Source: Squalus acanthias
Lineage: Eukaryota
Direction: 5' to 3'
Assembly: GCA_030390025.1 (NCBI GenBank)
Contig: CM059432.1
Location: 105,464,001-105,528,000 of the forward strand
DNA length: 64,000 nucleotides
Positions 37,192-47,859 of the stretch are shown here, in pieces (within the stretch, counting starts at the first letter, position 1; each line of letters opens with the position of its first letter). The position numbers and the translations under genes are program-made. The notes under the pieces were generated by a model. The model ran no database searches. It was not told the origin of the DNA and was given only the letters and a program-made list of their open reading frames with translations.

Positions 37192-37264
37192 CACTAGCTT
37201 TCTTTAGTTAAAAAAAGACCAGTTTGCTCAAATCTGCATTCATATTTCCCAAACACTACTGCCA

Positions 37265-37593
37265 CTAACTTACTGAAACAGCACATTTTTCCTGCATTGC
37301 ACTGAACCTACTTTTGAGGAACTTTTTTGCAACTTTTTTTGCAATTTTATTAAGTTTGGCAGCCCTCAGAATTTTCACTAAAGCTTCTGCGGTTACGCTT
37401 TCACTCTGGTGCATCTTCCATTTTTCAAGCAAAAGCATAATCTGCTGCTGCTCCTGCTTGTCGTTCCATGTTTGCAGCATGCTTCTTTTGGTCATGTTGA
37501 GGAGTGCCTTCCCGAGATGGAACACTTTCCGTTGCCTGATTTTTTGTCGTGCTATGAAATAAAAAAGCGCTTTTTCACACTCTGAAATCCCCT
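37265..37593 (-). CDS. TNFRSF6B: TNFRSF6B (DcR3)-like exon 4: basic C-terminal death-domain-like region, no TM
   Basis: Acceptor ctttgtttcag, phase 1. ECEKALFYFIARQKI..LVKILRAAKLNKIAKKVAKKFL resembles DcR3 ECERAVIDFVAFQDI..LLQALRVARMPGLERSVRERFL. Confidence 0.85.
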
Positions 37594-38341
37594 CTGAAAC
37601 AAAGAATAAAACCAAGTTTCATTTCGGTTTTTTTCAACTAAAAGGCTACATAAGATCTTTTATATATGTTGAGAATAACGGTTGGTTAGGAAGCAGTTAC
37701 AAAGTTAAAAAATCAGTTTTGTATAGTCATCAGCATCCTTTGGTTGTGTCACAGGTCACAATGTATTCTCTGTCAACCAGGGTTTTTTTGTCAAAGAATT
37801 GGTGTTGATGGCAATGATATGAGTTAGATGGAGAATAAGGAGTGAATCATAAATATCTATGCAGGCCACAACTGCTTTACGGTCAGAGTGAACACGGTGG
37901 AGGTGATTAAAAAGTAAACTATGCTTGAGTGGTGAAAGCAGAAGGAGTCTTTGCAGCAACATGCCTGGCAGCAGCTTGGAAAGGAGAAGGCACCTCATTC
38001 TGAAAAAGATAGTCGAAATGTAGCAGCAACAAGTCCAGCTGAAGAGGAACATGCTCTTGCCCATAGATGGTCATTAAGTCCCCGGAACAGTGGGCCACAG
38101 AGTTTAGCAGCAAGTGGCTGATGTGCTGTATGCAACCTGCACTGTTCAAAACGTACTGATTTAGCAGTGGGGCTGCCTGTGGCCAATCTGCACAAGAATT
38201 GATCCCACTGCTAAATTCATGGGGTCCTTTTTTAGGCGTCCCAGGTGGATGCCTATAACAGGTGTTAGGCCCTTTAAATATGTAAATCAGGTGCCTAACA
38301 CCTGTTGAAGGGCCTCTTGCTGAAATTAGTCACTGATGAAT

Positions 38342-38738
38342 GGGGTAGAATTCTTCAGCGGCCTGGCAGCCACCAAAGAAAGATAAATTATTTTTTTTAA
38401 ATAAAAGTCAATGGAACCAGGAGGAGCAGGATTGCTCCTTCGACTCCACAGGACTCACGATCGGTCCCTGTCCCCCCAGTAGCCTGCTCCAATTCTCCCC
38501 TCCTGGGACTTACAAAAAGGCTGCTGCTGGTGAGACAGGCGGCCCAGCATTGATCATTTGGCTCAGGTGAGTTACCTGTGGAGGCGCGGTCAGTGCCGGC
38601 AGCTTCTGTCGAGTTTGCTGATGAGGCCCGAGGACTAATTTCCATCGATCCTCGGCTCTCTTGGTTCAGTGACACGCTGGTCATGCTGCGTGGCGCTGAG
38701 CCTGAGCCTGAAAACCGGCCCAGAGGAAAATCTACCCC
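38342..38738. mobile_element. MITE (TIR GGGGTAGA..TT)
   Basis: GGGGTAGAATT ... AAAATCTACCCC. Confidence 0.55.
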
Positions 38739-38885
38739 ATGGTATTTATAGATTCATCAAAACTAATGCACAGAAGAAAGTATTGATGATAGCGTCCTAA
38801 GAGTGAAAGCCAGTGCTAGAACATATGCATTAATTAAAGTACAATGGTGGTATAATGGACTCAATAGGCAGATCTAAAATTCTCT

Positions 38886-39774
38886 GGGGGAAAAATTCAG
38901 TATCGCCCCATTTGGGGCGCGATTATCGGCCGTGCGCAAAGTTTAGCGCCTGGCGCTAATTATCGCCTCCAACTGCAAACTTGGCTTTTATCGCCCCTGG
39001 AGTTGATTGGAGCGCTAAATCAGGCGCTACACATCTGTCTTAAGGCGCAAAGGCCGAGGAGCGAGGCGCTACCTCAGGGCGCTGGCGAAGCTCATGTGAT
39101 GTCAGTCAGCAATGGAACACAGACACAATGGCGCCGGCCAGTTCTTAAAGGGGAGGGTTGATCTTGCTCTCCATCCACATCCTGCTCATTGCGGCCTTGA
39201 ATCTCGGCCTGGAGAGACCTGTACATCAAATCTGCTGGAAAGAACAATGGAGAGGCCCAGGGAAAGAGCTCAGAGTGCAGCCCCCACAGTCTCTTCTAAA
39301 TCGATACAAGGAAGGGCAAATCAAAATGAACCTGCAAAGTGCTGCTCAGTACCCAAAACTCCTTCACACAGCGTTGAATCTCTCCAGAAGTCTCTCTCTC
39401 TCTCAGAATGCGTGGTGCAAAAATGTCACCAACAAAAAAGTCAGGAAGCGGTCGCCTTTAAATAGCGCTCCCCCAGTCCCTTCCTGACTGCAAAACGCTC
39501 CCCTCAACCTGTCATTGCTAGCGGCAGGCGGTAAGGCAGGGGGCGCCACTCAATATCCGGTCCGGGGCGCTACCGGGGCGTTGCACACTCGACTGACGTC
39601 ACGATCTGCCGGCGCAGGAGATCGTGGCGGTAGTGTTTAGCGCTGCCGCAAAATGTCTAGTTAATTTCGTGAGCGGCGCAAACATCGCCGCGCACGGGCG
39701 CTAGTTGCTTTGCGCCCCATTAGCGCCCTCTTAAGACGCTAATGGGAAGCGCAAACCAACTGAATTTTTCCCCC
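38886..39774. mobile_element. Non-autonomous Harbinger element in intron 3
   Basis: Perfect 16-bp TIR GGGGGAAAAATTCAGT/ACTGAATTTTTCCCCC, 3-bp TSD TCT, retains the Myb-gene start (MERPRERA). Confidence 0.88.
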
Positions 39775-40510
39775 TCTGAGTACTTTATAAGATCTGACTG
39801 TCATCCTGAAACAAGTAGATCAATACCTGTGTGCGCCATGTTTTAATCTACCGCTAAATGAATACATTCCTCCACACCAGCAGAATATAGAATATATACT
39901 AACTCAGTACCTCCATTCTTCTGAATGAGGATGGCTGGAGGAGCTACAAAAGCTTTCCAATCAGAAGAGAAACATGCAAGTTGTACTTGCAAGGTAATTT
40001 TGCCGAATGTCAAATTTTCAGTAACAAAAAATGAATGGTAAACAAGTTATTTTGTTCTGTGCATAAGCAGATGTTACTATGTTTGTTACTAGGTTTTCAC
40101 AAAATAACAAGGTCACTCTAGTCTTCAAAGCAGATGTGCATTCTACCTATAGTTACTGACATTAGCAAGTCGATATAATGCTGGGGTTCTTTCTACTTCT
40201 ATGCAATTTTATGTGAAGATCTTTGAACATCCTGCCAATATAGTTCATATAAAACATGCTGCTGTGGTGTTCCTACCTTTCCATCACCTTTGAATTCACT
40301 GAACCATCATGGCCTAAAACCTTGAAAATCTGACTAAAATCACATCGTACTGTTGTATATGAATGCAAAAATATGTTGTCCTGAATTTTGTTTGACGTAA
40401 AAATACAAAGCTGTTTCAGAGCTTGTTGCTTAGCATGGAAAGGTACAACTGAACTATTGCATGTGTTCCATTCAAATTCACAGGTAAAAGTAAAAAATCT
40501 TTTGAAATAC

Positions 40511-40693
40511 CTCTGGAGCCATGGGGTTGGCAGGGGCTGCACAAATTGTCGTGCCACGCAGTACCAAGGATATCCAGCTTTAAGCCCAGTTCAGTGCAGT
40601 TTGTGTGCCTCTTACATTGTGCAGTGGTAGAACTCACTGATGAAAAGAAACCCCGAGGGCATTTCACACAAATTGTATCTGTATATGGAGTAC
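40511..40693 (-). CDS. TNFRSF6B: TNFRSF6B-like exon 3 (CRD3-CRD4)
   Basis: ttaatcag|GTACT...AGAG|gtattt; 183 nt, phase 1-1; GTPYTDTICVKCPRGFFS..CKRHTNC..GTAWHDNLC. Confidence 0.92.
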
Positions 40694-40954
40694 CTGATTA
40701 ACAAAAGCAGGTAAGTGAATCTTGCTTAAAGTATACATAAAAATAAAAGATCACACAAACATAAGGAAAAACATTTGTTTCTCTGAGAATGAATACAGTG
40801 TTAAAAATTCAATAAAACTAATAAATTTTGGTCCCCATTTTGGAGGGAGAATACACTCAAATCCTTATTATGCACTCAGATCTATCAAAACAAGGGGAAA
40901 GAAAGTTTCCATTCATGAGTGCTCACATGCTCCAACCCTGTAATATAAGTTATG

Positions 40955-41392
40955 CAAAAAAGATTTATAAGGATGATACCAGAACTGAGAGGTTATAACT
41001 ATCAGGAAAGCCTGAACAGGCTGGGGCTCATTTCTCTAGCATTATGAAGGGGTTTGATAGGGTAGATGTAGAGAAGATGTTTCCACTTGTGGGGGAGATC
41101 AAAACTAGAGGCCATAAATATAAGATAGTCACTAATAAATCTAATAAAGAATTCAGGAGAAACTTCTTTACCCAGAGAGTGGTTAGAATGTGGAACTTGC
41201 TACCCCATGGAGTGGTTGAGGTGAATAATGCCTTTAAGGGGAAGCTAGATAAGTACATGAGGGAGAAAGGACTGGAAGAATATGCAGATAGTGTTAGATG
41301 AAGTACAGTCTGAGGACGCTTTTGTGGAGCATAAACAATGGCATAGACCAGTTGGGCTGAATGGCCTGTTTCTTCTGTAAATTTTATGTAAT
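40955..41392 (+). mobile_element. CR1 3' fragment in intron 2
   Basis: KTRGHKYKI..RRNFFTQRVVRMWNLLP. Confidence 0.85.
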
Positions 41393-41464
41393 ATTCAGTT
41401 TTGTAAATGCAAGCAAAGATGTACATTTAAACTGGGCAGATTACAAGCATTTAACAGATTTTAC

Positions 41465-41837
41465 CTGCAGTTTTAACTTTAGATCCAGGAAGACATTCTT
41501 TCTGCTTCACGCAAAATTCGTCTTTCCAAAAGTATCCACCTTTGCATTCACACATTCTGTTGTGCGTTGCATTACAGTCATGCTTAACATACTGATTTTC
41601 TTTGCAGAAGTTATTGCAGTATTGACATTTTTTTAAGTAATTCCAAAACTGTGTATAATGATATTCTAAGCAGGGTGCACACAAGGTGTCATGGTCTTTT
41701 GTACAATGTATCTTCATATGTTGTCCTGGAGGGCAGTAGCTACAGGTTCGGGTTTCATATTGATAGGTAGGTACAGATGCCTTGCATTTCTCTGTACTCG
41801 CATAAATAAAAAAGACGATAACCAAGCTGAGCAGCCA
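41465..41837 (-). CDS. TNFRSF6B: TNFRSF6B-like exon 2 (signal peptide remainder, CRD1-CRD3)
   Basis: ttctccttag|TGG...GCAG|gtaaaa; 373 nt; CSYCPPG..CAPC..YTQFWNYLKKCQYCNNFC..CNATHNRMCEC. Confidence 0.93.
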
Positions 41838-42476
41838 CTAAGGAGAAAGAAAGGTTAACTTCCATTATAGAGGCAGTATCCATTTGCACAGTCATTGCAG
41901 CCCTACATTTAAAACTATGAAAGGAGAAGTTTTCCTGCTCACCAAGGCTAGATTGTATCTGTATACGGAGTACCTGATTAACAGGTACTGAATTGGCAGG
42001 GGTGGGGATGGGGTGACAGTGGTGGGGGAGAGCTTCAACCCACGACCTTCTGACTCAGTAGTGAGAGTCCTACCAACTGGGCCAGCAGGCAACAGTTGCC
42101 ACTCATCAGCAGCAAATTGTAGACTGCCAACAATTTAAAATAAATAAAATAAGGGTGCAATACACCCTAACTGCAATACTGCAGATTCAATTTTATTAAA
42201 AGAGAACATGTTCTTTATTTGTCTTCTGTATTATTTAATGACAGACAACTTTTTGTTAACATTCAGGAATAAAAAGGAAAGCAATCCTCTTCAAGTCAAT
42301 AGAGGTGTTTGCTGACTGAATCTATGGTTGACATCATCAAAAGTTTTTTTTCTCCACAGGGAATGGATTAACAGATGGACTTCTTTTGCAGTACGGTGAC
42401 ATGACATGTTGGAGCCCTGTCATGCTACACTCCAGAATAGTAGCATGCAGTTCCTGTTTCTCACTCCCCACACATG

Positions 42477-43244
42477 GGGCTGGATTTTGAATGACCCATG
42501 GAGTCGGGTTTGGAGGCGTGTGGGGGGTTAAATTTGTGGGGCCAGGGGTCCCGACCCCATCCCGCCTCCACGCAATTTTGACAAAATCAGTCACGGGGTT
42601 CCCGACTCCGTCCCGCCTCCAAGAGGCAGGAAAGGCCATTAAAGCCCTTAACAAGCCCTAAATTGGCTCTGTAATGCCATTTTGAAATGTTTTAGCTAGT
42701 TTAACCCTTTTCCGATGTGAAGTACGCCTGGTGTGAAACACTCCAGTGAAACCTGGCAGGAGCACAAATGGATAGCTGACTATCAGCTGCAGGTTCACTT
42801 TTACAACGGAGATGTGATGAAGGTAGTAGTAGAAGTATTGTGATTAGGTGTTAAAGTCGCCTCTGATGCTGCTGCATTGAATGTCTTCAGAGACTGCATG
42901 GCCTTTGCTGTTAGAGAACTTGGATGCAAAAAAATTCTCTCTCTCTCTCTCTCTCTCTCCATTTGCATCCAGTCCACTCACAGCAAAAAGCCAGGCAGGT
43001 CCTCTCTCACCAACATCCAGTCAGTCTCTGAAACTAGGCAGCAGCAATGATGACATCATCAGAGGCGACTTTCAGACTGAAACCACTAATTAGTTTATGG
43101 GTTCCCACATGCTGGAACTCAATTGCCCAATTAAGTGAAAATTGCATCATTCATCCACATTAATCTGGAGTCGGGGGGGGGGGGGGGGGAACACGAAATG
43201 CGGATGACACGACCCCAACCTGACCCCAAGACAAAATCCAGCCC
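42477..43244. mobile_element. MITE, copy 2 (TIR GGGCTGGATTTT), in intron 1
   Basis: Near-copy of 26791-27601 with the same TIRs. Confidence 0.88.
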
Positions 43245-44046
43245 ATTGAGTCGCCCATCTCAGTCATGATGCTATGGGGAAGTATTGAATGAAGCAAGCA
43301 ATTTTTTAGTGTGAGTGTAGGAAAGTCAGAGGCAGAGTCAATCATGACACATGGATTATATAAAAAGAAACCCTACATTCAAAATATGAATAAGAAAAAG
43401 TATTTTATATTTCAAGTGACTTTTTAAAATCAAATTATGATCTTAAATGGGCATTATGAGGTAAATGAAAAACAGTATATCAGGATAGTACATCAGGAAT
43501 TTAGCTTGCTTGACACTGGAAAAAATCTTATAGGCTAGATTTTCTGCTCATTCTTAGGAAGTGGGCTGCTAATGTAGATATTTTAAAAATTATAACTAAG
43601 TTATTTAGATTTTGATTTTCTGAGTTTGGCAGGTCTTGCCTGTTGATTGTATTAACCCATACAGAAATTGTGCCCTTGATTTCCTGACATCTTTGGTGGT
43701 AGGTGAGGCTCCCCACCAGTAGTGCAAACTCAGAACTTTATCCTCAATATTTCTTTTTCAGGATATGGAAGAGAACGGGGGCTAAAGGCTAACATTGTAA
43801 ATAATGCAATGTCATTATTAATTTCTTGTTTTAAATAGTAATATATATATATATACAGACATGCATGATTTAGTAAATCAAGGCTCATTGCAACCGAAAT
43901 TATAAACCAAAATGTTAAATATAATTAAAGGGGAAGGAACATTTCGGGAGGATAGTTTAATTTCAAAAGTGCTTGCCCAATTCCTATCTGAAAAATAGTT
44001 ATAAAAGTATTTATTAAATATATATTCAAATGATAGTTATTACATT

Positions 44047-44807
44047 GGCCCAGAAATTAAACATGGATGGTTCCCGCGGGGGTAAGGATTCCCCGCGATA
44101 TTGCACTCCACGCCTACCTTTTTGTTTGGGGCCCACACGAACTTTAGTTTCAGAGCCTCTTCTTGTTGCAACCGCGCAGTGTGTGCGTGTCCCAGAGGCG
44201 CAATTAGTTCGTGCGAGCTCTGGGATCACATGATTCAGTTAGAGCCAATGGCAGCACACCATCTTTCATTCATAGTTTTGACAGCAAGAGCTGTCAAAGC
44301 TATGAATACTACAAACCCCCAAAAGAACAGCTAAACCTCAATTAAATTTAAAAAGCCATCACATTAATAAAATAAGTATAGTTAAATAAATTAACCACTT
44401 TAAACAAAAAATTAAATGTTTGAAAATTTTTTAAATCTTTTTAAAAGTTATAAAAATAAACTTACCTTTCTTTAAAGTCTCTAAAAAAGATAAACCTGTT
44501 GAAAAAAAATTAAAATAACACTTAATTAACTACTTACCTTGTTAAAAGGGGGTCCTATGCCTGTTTTCTTTATGTGTAAAATCTTCACCACTTACCTGGG
44601 CGTTCAAAGCTGAAAAAAAAACTAAGTGCACTGCGTGCGCACAACCTGTAGCACGCACGCGGTTCACTTAGGAACCGCCCCCTTTGCAATTCACGAAGTG
44701 CCGGTTTCCCACGCATGCGCAGTGCATGCAGGAAACCGGCAATTCGGGATCTAATACGCGAGAGTACACAGTGCGTACTCTCGCGTATTAGGTTTAATTT
44801 TTGGGCC
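44047..44807. mobile_element. MITE (TIR GGCCCAGAAATTAAAC) with subterminal hairpins
   Basis: TIR 15/16 match; three consecutive palindromes at 44622-44790. Confidence 0.75.
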
Positions 44808-45059
44808 TATATGTTCTTTCCCTCTACAGCCACTTTGGTGATCTAAGGGCCACATGCTTGCTGGAATGGCACCATTCTCTGCAATGGGGGCAGCACTTCT
44901 GACCATCCTTGGAGCTAATCTAGAGCTGCTTAATCTCAGAAAACAGTCCACTGACTAAAGTCACCTTTGAGAACGCAAGAAAAATTTGGATTAAAAAAAT
45001 GCTTTGCAGCCTATTGGATCTCATCTTTCTAGAGTACCAAATCAGTCACCTTGCTAATA

Positions 45060-45760
45060 CAGCATTTAGCTGTTCTTAAGTAGTTAGATCACTAGCCGTA
45101 ACCACTCCAGCTGGAAACCCATTTGAGCTATTAATTACCCTCTTGTGTAAAGAAATATTTACTAACTTTGCACTTCATCTCTCTGAACCTCTTGTACTCT
45201 TATTCCGCTATCCTGACGTATTTGACAATATGCTTCACGGTTATTTTCCCTATTCTGCTCAGTAGATTATATCGCTCTATGTGGTCCTCTCTGAGAAGTC
45301 TTTGAGGTTGAGGAGCCCTAGATTATATAATAATTCCTTATGGCTCTTTTTTCTGACACCAGGGATCAGCCTCATTGCTCTTTTCCCTTAGGGTATATAT
45401 TGCGATAACCAGAACTGTCCTCAGGTATTCCAGGTGTCGGCAGATCAGAATTTTGCACAGCTTCAGCATGACCTCTGGGGATTTCAATTTAATTCATCTA
45501 ATTATGTGGTTCAACATTTTATTTCTTGTATTTATTGTTGCCTCACACTGTTTAGACATGATGAATATTGAGTTACCTAACATCACTAGGTCTTTCAGCT
45601 TCTTCCTTTGCAAATGTTATCCCACCACAGATTATACATACCCCATATTCTTACTGATATGCAATATCTTACACTTGTACACATTGAACTTCATTTGTTA
45701 CAGAGCAGCCCAGTTGTAAATTGTCAAGCTCATTTTGTGAGATCTTAACTGCCTTGGGGA
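45060..45760 (-). mobile_element. Old degenerate CR1 fragment
   Basis: Decayed RT C-terminal motifs on the minus strand (FNVYKCKILH, HLEY, YFFTQEG). Confidence 0.6.
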
Positions 45761-46200
45761 TACTTAGCCCATGGTATCGTTGCCAATCAGAAAATATGCC
45801 CTGTAATCTCCTGGATGGTTAAAATCTGCTCATTCCAGTAGTTTATAACATCTGAACCCCTCCATAAGATTTCTACCTTGTAAACCACTCCTTGGTGTGA
45901 TAAACTATATTCCTATGTGCTAATCACAAATAATTTTGGACATGATTTTTTGTCCAGTCAATCGCACTTTCCTGCCTCCCCGGTTCACAACTTCGCCGTC
46001 CGGTGTCATTTCGTGAATGACTTTTTGGTAAAACAGGAAATCCTCCCGGGTACCCTGAACAATAACCACTCCCAGGTCTCCACTACTTTATTTTACCAGT
46101 AGTGTGTTAAATTATTAGGCTCCCAATTTCACGGGTCGCTACATTTATCTGCATTCTCTGGCTCACACATCACTCTTCTGTCCGTCCAGTTACTACTCAC

Positions 46201-46218
46201 CGCTTTGTTGAGCTTCAT
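46201..46218 (-). CDS. TNFRSF6B: TNFRSF6B-like exon 1 (MKLNKA)
   Basis: ccgagATG AAG CTC AAC AAA GCG|gtgagt. Phase 0 fits exon 2 and gives the signal peptide MKLNKAWLLSLVIVFFIYAS. Spliced CDS is 903 nt (300 aa). Confidence 0.75.
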
Positions 46219-46294
46219 CTCGGAGGCTGGGATTTGCTGCTCCAGGTACTGTACAGTCGAGCGTTCGATGCATCTTGCACCGGCCTGGAGAGAG

Positions 46295-46342
46295 TTTTAA
46301 AAGCTCGGACAACGTGGTGGGAATTTCCCTCGTCTTGCGTAA
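46295..46342 (-). promoter_or_regulatory. Proximal promoter: TATA-like TTTTAAAA, NF-kB site, C/EBP-type site
   Basis: TTTTAAAA 46295-46302, GGGAATTTCC(C) 46319-46329 and TTGCGTAA 46335-46342, 80-125 bp upstream of the ATG in a locally CpG-richer patch. Confidence 0.65.
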
Positions 46343-46539
46343 GCGTCGGTCCCTCCTCCCTGATCATGAGGTCATACTCTTCCTCTTAAGTTCGATATTG
46401 ATCAACAGCTCTGGCATTCTCCTGGCATTAATCTTTTTTTAAACTTCCGATTCAAGAGTGATACATATCTAACTGAGTGATCGTCATTCCTAAACTTTAT
46501 ATCCACCAAGGCAGTTGACTAATCACAAGTAAAATGTCT

Positions 46540-46965
46540 AAAGAAGAAAGATTTATATGGCGCCTTTTATGTCCCAATGTACTTCACTGACTTTTGTTGC
46601 ATGCCTTTTTGTTGAAGTGTAGTCACTGCTGCCAGTTTGTGCACCAGGTCTCGTAAAGAGCAATGAGATGAGTTACCAGTTAATCTGTTTTGATGGGATT
46701 GGAAAAGGAAGTAATATTAGCTTTGGACACTAGGAGAACACCCTTGCTCTTCTTTGAATAGTGCCATAGGATCTTTTATATCCACATGAGCAGGCAGATA
46801 GGGCCTTGGTCTAACAGCTCATTCAAAAAATGGCACCTCTGACAATACAGTGCTTGCCTCAGTACTGCACTGAATGTTAGCCGAATGATGTGCCTTGGAG
46901 TAGGGTTTGAAACCACAACTTTCTGATTCAGAAACAAGAGTGCTACCACTGAGCCAAGCTGACCA
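46540..46965 (-). mobile_element. DeuSINE copy with tRNA-like head
   Basis: Matches the other DeuSINE copies; head TGGCTCAGTGG. Confidence 0.7.
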
Positions 46966-47254
46966 AAGAGAAAAAGTTCTGTCAAATTTCTTCCTGAACC
47001 CATGTGTATATGATTGTAACATTTCTACCCCTACTAGTCAGTTCTGACCATTTCCATTTACAAAAAATATTTCTATCAAAATTGGAACCATCATATTCCA
47101 TTGACGATTTGATCATCTTTTGCTGTTGCCTCTAATATTCTCCTTAGCCAGGTGCTGATCTATCAAAATACTCCAGATGCTGTAAATCCTGCAACAAAAA
47201 CAGAAGATTTTTGTTAACCAAAGGTTTTAAGGGATATGGAGTAAGGGCGGCTAA

Positions 47255-47712
47255 TTTTTTTTTATTCGTTCCTGGGATGTGGACATCACTGTCAAGGCCA
47301 GCATTTATTGCCCATCCCTAGTTGCCCTTGAGAAGGTGGTGGTGAGCCCCCTTCTTGAACCACTGCAGTCCATGTGGTGAAGGTACTCCCACAGTGCTGT
47401 TAGGGAGGGAGTTCCAGAATTTTGACCCAGCAACGATGAAGGAACGGCAATATATTTCCAAGTCAGGATGGTGTCTAACTTGGAGGGGGCCACAGTATTT
47501 ATGTGGCTGGTCCGGTTAAGTTTCTGGTCAATGGTGACCCCCCAGGATATTGATGGTGGGGGATTCGGAGATCGTAATGCCATAGAATGTCAAGGGGCGG
47601 TGGTTAGATTTTCGCATGTTGGAGATAGTCATTGCCTGGGACTTGTGTGGCGCGAATGTTAGTTGCCACTTATCAGCCCAAGCCTGAATGTCGTCCAAGT
47701 CTTGCTGCATGC
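47255..47712 (-). mobile_element. LINE family A copy 3 (3' fragment, internal deletion near 47490)
   Basis: Same tail as 1497-1740. Confidence 0.85.
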
Positions 47713-47859
47713 ATGTATATGGAGTTAGGTCGCAGATCAGCCATGATCTCATTGAACAGGCATGAGTAGCTAAATGCCTATTCCTGTTCCTATGTTCCTA
47801 AAATGCTGGAAGCACACAGCAAGTCAGACAAATTGGCATTAATCCACATCTGTAATGAG

